Shown here in pieces: positions 9,626-17,547 of a DNA stretch of 38,922 nt. Position 1 is the first letter of the stretch. Every line of letters begins with the position of its first letter. The notes beneath the pieces are model-generated. The model did not search any database. It was not told where the DNA came from and saw only the letters and a list, made by a program, of their open reading frames with translations. The DNA comes from a virus (taxonomy: Duplodnaviria > Caudoviricetes). Made by a program: the position numbers and the translations under genes. The DNA lies in the IMG/VR virus record IMGVR_UViG_3300033508_000234, positions 1 through 38,922 of that record; one strand, given 5' to 3'.

Positions 9626-9924
9626 TGGAAAGCCTGTACTGGATTGGCTGGGCCGCAGATAGCTGGGGATCTAGCTGGGGCGAAAATGTCGAAGTTGAAG
9701 AACGCCCAGGTGGTGGTGAAGTATTGCCGCGAAAGCGCGTTAAATTGCGCCCGATCATCCCCATTAAGATGCGGCCGGCTTGGCGACCTGCTCCAGTTTT
9801 CAATATTCCGAAGGATGATGAATTACACATCACCCCAGATCTGATAGCCAACGGAATTGCCCTGCAATTACGTAATCAACGGCGTCGTAATGAAGCTGAA
9901 TACATAGCCCTGCGTCGACTGTAA
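9625..9924 (+). CDS. Hypothetical protein with WGxSWG motif
   Basis: TAATG overlap at 9625; WAADSWGSSWG followed by GGG and a basic tract. Confidence 0.6.
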   Translation: MESLYWIGWAADSWGSSWGENVEVEERPGGGEVLPRKRVKLRPIIPIKMRPAWRPAPVFNIPKDDELHITPDLIANGIALQLRNQRRRNEAEYIALRRL

Positions 9925-9947
9925 AATCTCTGCCTTAACCGCTTGAC
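9921..9947 (+). promoter_or_regulatory. Putative late-promoter/activator site, copy 2
   Basis: GTAAAATCTCTGCCTTAACCGCTTGAC, upstream of the capsid gene. Confidence 0.7.
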
Positions 9948-9984
9948 GCTCAGAATGTTTTCATACGCTCATGAAGGAGCGTCT

Positions 9985-11817
9985 ATGAAAACTCTTAAAC
10001 CAGGCACACAGGAAACGCGCTCGTTTTCTGTTGAGCGTTCCGCCATCAATGAGGATGCGCGTACTGTTGAGCTGGCCTTCTCCAGCGAGGCACCCTATGA
10101 CCGTTACTGGGGCCGCGAAATCCTAGACCATACATCGAACAGCATCCGTCTTGGTCGTTTGACCACAGGTGGCCCGCTGCTCATGGATCACGATAGCCGA
10201 GACCACGTTGGCGTCATCGAATCCGTCCAGATCGGCGCTGACCGGGTAGGTCGTGCCGTGGTGCGCTTTGGAAAAAGCGAGCGGGCAGAGGAAGTGTGGC
10301 AAGACGTGAAGGATGGCATTCGTCGCAATGTCTCGGTCGGCTACGTCATCCACAAAGCCCAGCTTGTGGAAAAAGGTGACGACAGTACGCCGGACACCTT
10401 CCGAGTCATGGACTGGGAACCGTTTGAAGTTTCCATGGTTTCTGTCCCGGCTGACGCATCCGTCGGCATCGGCCGAAGCGCAGAAACACCTGTTATCGAA
10501 ACCCATACCACTCCACCGGAGATTAAGATCATGCCCGAAATCAACGTGCAAGAACATGAAACGCGCGGCGCAGATGCCGCCCGCAAGCAAGTTAATGAAA
10601 TTCTCGCTATCGGAAAGCAATATAAAGCCGTTGAACTGGCTGCTGAGTATGTTGCCGCCGGGAAGAGTGTAGAGGAGTTCAAATCTGAGCTGATGGCCAA
10701 GATGGCCAATAAGCCGCTTGACTCGTCTGACATCGGCCTCACGCCAAAAGAAGCTAAGCAGTTCAGTTTCCTGCGCGCCATTAATGCGCTGGCCAATCCT
10801 GGGGACCGCAAGGCGCAAGAAGTTGCAGGATTTGAGCGTGAATGTTCTGATGCCTATGCCGGAAAGTTCGGCCGCAGCGCTCAAGGATTCTTTGTCCCGG
10901 CTGAGGTTCAGCGCCGTGACTTGAACGTCACGACAGCTGCACAGGGTGGAAATACCGTCGACACCTTCCTGCTGGCTCAAAACTTCATTGACCTGCTGCG
11001 TAATCGCATGATGGTCACTAAGATGGGTGCGCAGATGCTACGCGGCCTGACAGGAAATATCGCCATTCCGCGTCAAACAGGCGGAGCAACAGCGTACTGG
11101 GTGGCAGAATCCGGCGCGCCAACCGAATCGCAACAAGCCTTCGACCAGGTAGCCATGTCGCCGAAGACTGTCGGTGCCTTCTCCGATATCAGCCGCAAGC
11201 TGTTGCTGCAGTCCTCAATCGATGTCGAATCCTTCGTGCGTACTGATCTGGCTACCGTTCTTGCTTTGGCGATTGACCTTGCTGCTATTTCGGGTACTGG
11301 CGCATCAAATCAGCCAACCGGCATCCTTTCAACGGCAGGCATTGGTGATGTGGCGGGCGGAACCAACGGATTGGCACCGACCTGGGGGAACATTGTTGAA
11401 TTGTGGAGCGATGTAGCCACTGCAAACGCTGACTTTGGCGCAACCGGGATCCTGACCAATGCCAAGGTGATCGGCAAGCTCATGGCCACACTCAAGAGTG
11501 CTGGTGTGGCGGGGTATGTGTGCGAAGGTTTCCCAGACGCATCCGGCCTCACCAATATCGGCGGCCTGCGCACCGGCGTCAGCAATCAAGTGCCGAGCAA
11601 CCTGGTTAAAGGTACCTCGGGCGCTACCTGTTCGGCGATTATTCAGGGCAACTGGAACGACCTGATCATCGGTCAGTGGGGAACGCTTGATCTGATGGTT
11701 GATCCCTACACCGGAAGCACGTCAGGAACCGTTCGCGTCGTCGCCCTGCAGGACGTTGATATTGCGATCCGTCATCCCGAGTCCTTCTCGGCGATGAAAG
11801 ACGCTCTCACCGTTTAA
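9985..11817 (+). CDS. Fused prohead protease + major capsid protein (HK97 fold)
   Basis: N-terminal protease motifs LLMDH, VSVGY and EVSMVSVPAD; C-terminal capsid motifs AYWVAE, GTGASNQPTGIL and RHPESF. AAGGAG RBS before ATG 9985. Confidence 0.93.
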   Translation: MKTLKPGTQETRSFSVERSAINEDARTVELAFSSEAPYDRYWGREILDHTSNSIRLGRLTTGGPLLMDHDSRDHVGVIESVQIGADRVGRAVVRFGKSERAEEVWQDVKDGIRRNVSVGYVIHKAQLVEKGDDSTPDTFRVMDWEPFEVSMVSVPADASVGIGRSAETPVIETHTTPPEIKIMPEINVQEHETRGADAARKQVNEILAIGKQYKAVELAAEYVAAGKSVEEFKSELMAKMANKPLDSSDIGLTPKEAKQFSFLRAINALANPGDRKAQEVAGFERECSDAYAGKFGRSAQGFFVPAEVQRRDLNVTTAAQGGNTVDTFLLAQNFIDLLRNRMMVTKMGAQMLRGLTGNIAIPRQTGGATAYWVAESGAPTESQQAFDQVAMSPKTVGAFSDISRKLLLQSSIDVESFVRTDLATVLALAIDLAAISGTGASNQPTGILSTAGIGDVAGGTNGLAPTWGNIVELWSDVATANADFGATGILTNAKVIGKLMATLKSAGVAGYVCEGFPDASGLTNIGGLRTGVSNQVPSNLVKGTSGATCSAIIQGNWNDLIIGQWGTLDLMVDPYTGSTSGTVRVVALQDVDIAIRHPESFSAMKDALTV

Positions 11818-11819
11818 GC

Positions 11820-12008
11820 ATGAACGCCGTAAAAATTCTCCGGGGTTGCGGCGCTACGGGCGGTCAGTCCTTACTGGCTGGCCGCACGTATGCCGTTCCG
11901 TCCGAAGTATCAGAAAAAGATGCCGATCTTCTGATTCGTCTTGGCAAAGCCGAAGTTGCAGAACTACTGCCCGAGCCAACCAAATCGCAAAAGAAGAAAG
12001 AAGTCTGA
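11820..12008 (+). CDS. Small head-associated protein
   Basis: 62 aa ORF directly after the capsid gene; A..LIRLGKA motif typical of this position. Confidence 0.65.
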   Translation: MNAVKILRGCGATGGQSLLAGRTYAVPSEVSEKDADLLIRLGKAEVAELLPEPTKSQKKKEV

Positions 12009-12011
12009 CGC

Positions 12012-12281
12012 ATGGCCTTTGTTGAAGCTGACATTGCCAACTACTTCACCGACTACGGCGTGGATGCCACGGTCGGTGGTGTAGCGTGTCGCGGAATCTT
12101 TGATGAAGCTTATGCTGAAACGTTCGGATTTGTGGGCGGCTCATCGCCAGCATTGTTGCTGCCATCCAGTGTGGCTGCAGCCGAAGGCACCGCCGTGGTA
12201 ATTGGTGCACGCAACTTCACCGTCACTTCTGTTGAGCCTGACGGTACCGGATTCCAGCGCCTCAGATTGGAGGCCGCATGA
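12012..12281 (+). CDS. Head-tail joining protein (gpFII-like)
   Basis: GIFD and EPDGTG..L motifs; synteny. Confidence 0.75.
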   Translation: MAFVEADIANYFTDYGVDATVGGVACRGIFDEAYAETFGFVGGSSPALLLPSSVAAAEGTAVVIGARNFTVTSVEPDGTGFQRLRLEAA

Positions 12282-12718
12282 GTCACGTCCGCCAGCAGAT
12301 CCGAGAAGCCGCGGCCACTGTGTTGACCGGCCTGACAACCACGTCGACGCGGGTTTTTCAAAGCCGCCTTCGCCCGTTAAAAGATACCGATCTGCCGTGC
12401 CTGCTGGTCAATACCGACGATGAAGACATCGAAACCATCGGCTTTACCGTCGGTGCGCAGCAGGAACGTAGCTTGATGCTGTCGATCCGCGCCGTGGCGA
12501 AAGTCAGCAGCACGCTCGATGACACCCTGGACACTATTTTGGCTGAAGTGGAAACTGCTCTGGCCGCACAAACACTTGGCAATAGAGCCAAGGGGCTGGT
12601 GCTTGAAAAGATCAGCATCGAGATGAACGACGAGCTGGAAAAGCCTGTCGGCATCGCAACGGCTCAATACCGGGTCACGTACTACACCGCCACCGGCACG
12701 CCGGGCACGGCACTTTAA
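12278..12718 (+). CDS. Tail terminator (gpU-like)
   Basis: MSHVRQQIR...VFQSR..P...LP motif; directly precedes the tail tube gene. Confidence 0.75.
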   Translation: MSHVRQQIREAAATVLTGLTTTSTRVFQSRLRPLKDTDLPCLLVNTDDEDIETIGFTVGAQQERSLMLSIRAVAKVSSTLDDTLDTILAEVETALAAQTLGNRAKGLVLEKISIEMNDELEKPVGIATAQYRVTYYTATGTPGTAL

Positions 12719-12730
12719 GGAGAAGCAACC

Positions 12731-13375
12731 ATGGCAACTGCACGCAAATGGTCACAGGTCGCTGTAGCAATGCAGTCGGCCCTGGGCACAGTCATTACCG
12801 CCACTGCGATCAGCAAGGCATCGGAAGGCGTCGTTACCGCAACCAACACGCTGGCTAATGGCGATTATGTCGTTGGGGTCAATATCCTAGGCATGCGCCA
12901 GCTTGATGATCGAGTTTTCCGCGTGAAGACGGTATCAGGTACGGGCTTCACGCTGGAAGGCGAAGATACCACGCTGTTTGATACCTTCAGCAGCGGTACC
13001 TTCCAGAAGATCACCTTTGGTACCTCGATCACCACGGCGACCAGCATTTCCGGTTCCGGTGGCGGCTTTGACTTCATCGACACCACCACCATTCACGCCA
13101 CCGCCAAGAGCCAGATGCCAGGCTTGCCGGCAGCGGCCACCTTTGAATTCGACAACATCTGGGATGTGTCTGATGCGGGTTTGAAAGCCATGAAAGTGGC
13201 CAGCGACGCCCAGGCAAAACGTGCCTTCTTGTTTACCTTCGGTACCGGCGGCCAGATCATGGGCTTCAATGGTTATGTCGGCGCCAGCCTGTTGCCCGGC
13301 GGTTCTGCCCAGCAGCTGGTAACCACCAAGACCACCATCACCATGAACGGCACGCCGTCGGTCTGGGCCTCGTAA
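12731..13375 (+). CDS. Major tail tube protein
   Basis: FTLEGEDTT and SGSGGGFDFIDTT motifs; strong RBS; synteny. Confidence 0.85.
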   Translation: MATARKWSQVAVAMQSALGTVITATAISKASEGVVTATNTLANGDYVVGVNILGMRQLDDRVFRVKTVSGTGFTLEGEDTTLFDTFSSGTFQKITFGTSITTATSISGSGGGFDFIDTTTIHATAKSQMPGLPAAATFEFDNIWDVSDAGLKAMKVASDAQAKRAFLFTFGTGGQIMGFNGYVGASLLPGGSAQQLVTTKTTITMNGTPSVWAS

Positions 13376-13378
13376 GCA

Positions 13379-13717
13379 ATGTCAGTCCTGGCTGAAAAAC
13401 TGCGCAAAGCGCGCACGCTCAAAGTCGAGGTCGACGGACTCGTGTTCTACGTGCTCCGTCCGACCCCGCTTGAGTTTAACGAAAAGCTGCGCAGCAATGA
13501 CTCGGCGCGCGGCATGTTGGCGCTGGTGATCGGCTGGGAAGGGGTTAGCGAACTGTCGATGTTTGGTGGCGGCACGCCACACCCCTTGCCGTTTGATCCG
13601 GCGGCCTGTGCCGAGTGGTTGAGTGACCGGCCAGATTTATTCAAGGCCGTATCAAACGCCGTAGTTGAAGGGTACGAAGCCTACCTGCTTCGGCAGGAGG
13701 GCGAACTAAAAAACTGA
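13379..13717 (+). CDS. Tail assembly chaperone (gpG-like)
   Basis: Lies between tube and tape measure genes; ends ..LKN* on a slippery heptamer. Confidence 0.8.
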   Translation: MSVLAEKLRKARTLKVEVDGLVFYVLRPTPLEFNEKLRSNDSARGMLALVIGWEGVSELSMFGGGTPHPLPFDPAACAEWLSDRPDLFKAVSNAVVEGYEAYLLRQEGELKN

Positions 13718-13926
13718 CCGCCTGGCTTGACGAGCAGCAGCTACCGGAAAAAGTCAGGTCAGGCAAGCAGCCGGTCAGTGTAGCAAGCGCCGTCGAGGCG
13801 TGGAACATGATGGGCGGATTGGATTGGGCCGCACTACCGATGGTTTGTGATGTGATCGGCATCAGAGATCCGGAGCTTTTAATCAGGCAATTGATGTACT
13901 TGAGAGATCGACCAAGCGATGGCTAA
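13708..13926 (+). CDS. -1 frameshift extension of the tail chaperone (gpGT-like)
   Basis: A AAA AAC at 13708-13714. The -1 frame reads KLTAWLDEQQ...AWNMMGGLDWAALPMVCDVIGIRDPELLIRQLMYLRDRPSDG* to the TAA at 13926. Confidence 0.85.
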   Translation, partial: KKLTAWLDEQQLPEKVRSGKQPVSVASAVEAWNMMGGLDWAALPMVCDVIGIRDPELLIRQLMYLRDRPSDG

Positions 13927-15967
13927 TCCGAAACTCGATATTGAAATCAGCGCAAAGCTCGATAATCTGGATCGGGAGTTTGGTCGCGTCAGCAACATGG
14001 CGCGCGATACAGCCGGCAAGGTTGAGAGCGCGTTCAGCAATGTCGGAACATCGCTCAAGAGTATGGCCGGAGGTCTGGCCGCCGCTTTCTCGGTGGATAT
14101 GTTCGTTGGCATGGTCAAAGGATCGATTGATGCCCAGGACAGGATTAACGACCTGAGCAAATCAACATCGCTCACGGTTGAAACGCTGGCCGGGCTGGGT
14201 GCTGCCGCCCGCAAGTCAGGTAGTAATCTCGATGATGTCGCCGGTGCGATCAATAAACTATCGGTCAATATGGGCAAGGAGCCTGAGAAGTTTCGCGAAA
14301 TTGGCGTCACCGCCAAGGAACCGATTGAAGCCCTGAAGCAGTTGGCAGATGTGTTTGTTTCGATCAAGGACCCACAGGAACGCGCGGCCTTTGCCGCGGC
14401 CACGCTCGGGAAAAGCTGGGCTGGAACTGCGCCGCTGTTGGCTGAAGGCGGTAAAGCCATCGGCGAGATGGTTGAAAAAGGCACCCGATTATCCAAAGTC
14501 ACCGCGGAATCAGCCAAAGCCGCTGATGAATTGAATGATCGCCTGGAGGATTTGCAGACGGCCTCGCAGGGCACAAAAACCGCATTTGCAAATCTGCTGG
14601 TGCCTTCGCTGATCGATACAGCGAAAGCCATGGAAGAGCTCTCTGAAAAAGGCAACCCGCTGCTGGCCTTGTTACGCGGATTCGCCGGGCTTGGAAAACT
14701 CCCCTTCGATCTGGCCTTAGGCAGTGTCGACATGTCGATCAATGGTCAGCTCAAGGATCTTCAGCAGCAACTTTCTGATCTGGAGCGAAAACGCGATAAC
14801 GCCGTAAACGCCGGCGGTGGGCTGATTAACCAATGGCTTTACGGTAAAAAAGGCGACCTCGATCAGCAGATTACGATCACAAAAAACCAGATTGACGCCC
14901 TGCAAAAATACGGCGACAAGCTGAAGCCTGGGACTACATCGGAAATCAAGACAGACGGTACCATGCCAAACGTCAGAAAATTCCTTGATGGAAATGGCAC
15001 TGTCGCCAACCAGATCAGCGAAGGCCAGCGCCTGATCGACCAGCTCAAGGACCGGTTGCTGACCACTCAAAACCTCACCGAAGTGGAAAAGCTCGAAGCC
15101 CAGTTTGCTGACGAGAAATATAAGAAAGCCAGCGCCGGTGAAAGAGAGATTGCGATCGGCATCGCTGCTCAGATCGACGCCCGCAAAGCCTTGATGACAG
15201 AACTTGATGCCGAGCTGGCGATGGTCAAGAACCTGTCCAAAGAGGATGACGCGCAGGACGCCCGGCTTAAGTCGCTGGTGTCTGGTACCGACATTGGAAA
15301 GAACAACCAGAACATGCTCGACCAGGCACTGGCCGAATCTGCATTGAGTAGCGGAAAAATTGACACCAGCACCTATGACCAGATCATCGCCAAGCTGCAT
15401 GAGGTCAAAGACGAGGGCAAGGATGCCTTTAAGGATCTGGAAACAGCCATTGATGGTTGGGGGAAGAAATCAGCCGCAGCATTTGTCGACTTTGCCTATG
15501 GCGCGAAAACATCGTTCTCCGATCTGATTCTTAGTATGAGCAAGGAAATGGCCACCATGGCCGTTTATGAAAACATTACCAAGCCGATGTCAGCCGGGAT
15601 CAGTGCCTGGGCAAAAGGATTGTTTTCATCCAATGCTGATGGCGGTGTGTATTCGTCGCCAGGGCTCTCAGCCTACTCCGGAAGTGTGGTTTCCAGCCCA
15701 ACAGTATTTCCCTTTGCCAGCGGAATTGGCCTGATGGGTGAAGCCGGGCCAGAAGCGATCTTGCCGCTCAAGCGTGGAAAGGATGGGAAGCTCGGCATTA
15801 CTAGCAACAGCTCAAGTTCCATGCCGGCGATTAACGTCCACCAGACCATCAACATCGATTCGCGCTCCGATAAAGCCAGCATCATGCAGGGATTGCTCGC
15901 GATCAAGGAGCAAACTAAATCCGAGATTCTTGACAGCATGCGCCGTGCTGGCGCGTTTGCGCGGTGA
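13919..15967 (+). CDS. Tape measure protein
   Basis: 682 aa, helical and Ala-rich; C-terminal NADGGV...GLMGEAGPEAILPL motif. Confidence 0.92.
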   Translation: MANPKLDIEISAKLDNLDREFGRVSNMARDTAGKVESAFSNVGTSLKSMAGGLAAAFSVDMFVGMVKGSIDAQDRINDLSKSTSLTVETLAGLGAAARKSGSNLDDVAGAINKLSVNMGKEPEKFREIGVTAKEPIEALKQLADVFVSIKDPQERAAFAAATLGKSWAGTAPLLAEGGKAIGEMVEKGTRLSKVTAESAKAADELNDRLEDLQTASQGTKTAFANLLVPSLIDTAKAMEELSEKGNPLLALLRGFAGLGKLPFDLALGSVDMSINGQLKDLQQQLSDLERKRDNAVNAGGGLINQWLYGKKGDLDQQITITKNQIDALQKYGDKLKPGTTSEIKTDGTMPNVRKFLDGNGTVANQISEGQRLIDQLKDRLLTTQNLTEVEKLEAQFADEKYKKASAGEREIAIGIAAQIDARKALMTELDAELAMVKNLSKEDDAQDARLKSLVSGTDIGKNNQNMLDQALAESALSSGKIDTSTYDQIIAKLHEVKDEGKDAFKDLETAIDGWGKKSAAAFVDFAYGAKTSFSDLILSMSKEMATMAVYENITKPMSAGISAWAKGLFSSNADGGVYSSPGLSAYSGSVVSSPTVFPFASGIGLMGEAGPEAILPLKRGKDGKLGITSNSSSSMPAINVHQTINIDSRSDKASIMQGLLAIKEQTKSEILDSMRRAGAFAR

Positions 15968-15971
15968 CATT

Positions 15972-16574
15972 ATGACCACGCTGACTTTTCCCGAATTTTC
16001 ACGCCTTGAGCCGGCCAAGATTGAGTGGTCGCTAAAGTCGAATACCATCTCGTTTCAGTCTCCGCTTTCTGGATCAGTTCAAACTGTTGAATTCCCTGGC
16101 GCACGTTGGAACTTCAGCTTCACCCTTGAAAATCTTAGAGAAGACGATGCCGCATTAATGCAGGCATTTTTGATGCGCTTGCGCGGTCAGGCCGGGCGGT
16201 TTTATGCCCATAACTACGCCAGACCTACCCCGCGTGGAACGGCTACTGGAACCCCGTTGGTGGCTGGTGCGGCTCAGGCCGGGACAACTCTAAACACTGA
16301 TGGTTGGACGCCATCGATTACAGCACTCAAGGCCGGCGATTTTTTCGGCATTAATAATGAGCTCAAGATGGCTGTGCTGGATGCAGTTTCAGACGGCGCC
16401 GGTGCTGCAACCATTACCTTTGAGCCTCCGCTGCGCGCTGCACCAGCCGACAACGCCGTGATCACCGTGAGTAAGCCGACAGCCACCTTCATGCTTACCG
16501 AAGACAGTGTGCGCTGGATGACACAGGCACCGGTGCTAACCACGCTATCTATTCAGGCCATGGAGGTCTGGTAA
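15972..16574 (+). CDS. Distal tail protein
   Basis: SPLSGSVQT...W, LRGQAGRF and FEPPLR motifs; ATG 15972 just after the tape measure stop. Confidence 0.75.
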   Translation: MTTLTFPEFSRLEPAKIEWSLKSNTISFQSPLSGSVQTVEFPGARWNFSFTLENLREDDAALMQAFLMRLRGQAGRFYAHNYARPTPRGTATGTPLVAGAAQAGTTLNTDGWTPSITALKAGDFFGINNELKMAVLDAVSDGAGAATITFEPPLRAAPADNAVITVSKPTATFMLTEDSVRWMTQAPVLTTLSIQAMEVW

Positions 16575-17128
16575 TGAGCCGGAATTTAACCTCTGCCACA
16601 GATAACGCACTGGCGGCCGGAAATGTGCCGATGCTGTGCTTTGTGCTGATGGATTTCCCGTCTGGATTTTTACGTGTCAATAATTCCTCAGTCATCATTA
16701 ACTGGGGAGGTGAAGATTGGTATGGTCTAGGGCGTCTTGGAAGCATCGACCAGATCGAGGAAGGGGCCACGCTTGAATCTCGCGGACTTAAATTCAAAAT
16801 TACCGGCGTATCTCAAGCCAATATTGCCATAGCGCTTGGGCAACAGTACCAGGGCAGAGACTGCAAGGTATGGCTGGCGCCGTTGACTTCAGAATATGCC
16901 GTGATCGCCGATCCGGTGCTGACCTTTTGGGGTCGCATGGATGTAATGGATATTGATCTCGGTGAGACGGCCACGATTACAGTAAGTGCTGAGTCAAGGC
17001 TGGCTGATTGGGATAGGCCGCGCACGCGCCGTTATACCCACGAAGACCAGCAACTCGATTACCCGGGAGATCTTGGATTCGAGTTTGTGCCGCAGATGGT
17101 TGAAAAAGAATTGCGCTGGGGCTACTGA
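16574..17128 (+). CDS. Minor tail / baseplate hub protein (gpL-like position)
   Basis: GRMD and RRYTHEDQQ..YPGD.GFEFV...WG motifs. Confidence 0.75.
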   Translation: MSRNLTSATDNALAAGNVPMLCFVLMDFPSGFLRVNNSSVIINWGGEDWYGLGRLGSIDQIEEGATLESRGLKFKITGVSQANIAIALGQQYQGRDCKVWLAPLTSEYAVIADPVLTFWGRMDVMDIDLGETATITVSAESRLADWDRPRTRRYTHEDQQLDYPGDLGFEFVPQMVEKELRWGY

Positions 17129-17547
17129 TGAGCACATTAACGCGGCGTAACGATTGGCCTGAAAAACTCGCGCACGTAGTTGCTACAGCACAAGATCAGC
17201 CCTATGTTCTTGGAACCTGGGATTGCTTGCGGTTTTCATGCAACTGCATTGAAGCCATGACGGGCGTTAATTACTGGCCGCGATTTGAAGGTTACACAAC
17301 GCGGCGTGAGGCACTGGTAACAATACTGAAGATTGCTCCGACTCTAGCCGATGCCGTGACCAAGGTGCTTAGTGTTGATCCTCAATCCATGGATTTTGCG
17401 GGTCGTGGCGATCTGGTGATTTATCACGATGGCGAAGATCATTTGGGTATCTGTACCGGCCCGGCGGTGGCTGTTCTTGGGCCGGATTCACTGGCCTTTG
17501 TACATCGCGCTGACGCACGCTTGCTCCAGTGCTGGAGGATCGGGTAA
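17128..17547 (+). CDS. NlpC/P60-like tail tip assembly protein (gpK-like)
   Basis: GTWDC, RGDLV and HLGIC catalytic-type motifs. Confidence 0.75.
   Translation: MSTLTRRNDWPEKLAHVVATAQDQPYVLGTWDCLRFSCNCIEAMTGVNYWPRFEGYTTRREALVTILKIAPTLADAVTKVLSVDPQSMDFAGRGDLVIYHDGEDHLGICTGPAVAVLGPDSLAFVHRADARLLQCWRIG

Noticed and set aside
10123-15400. Long antisense ORFs (10123..10980, 13879..14742, 14717..15400)
   Set aside because: Shadow ORFs opposite the capsid and tape measure genes, expected from codon bias; no recognisable motifs.
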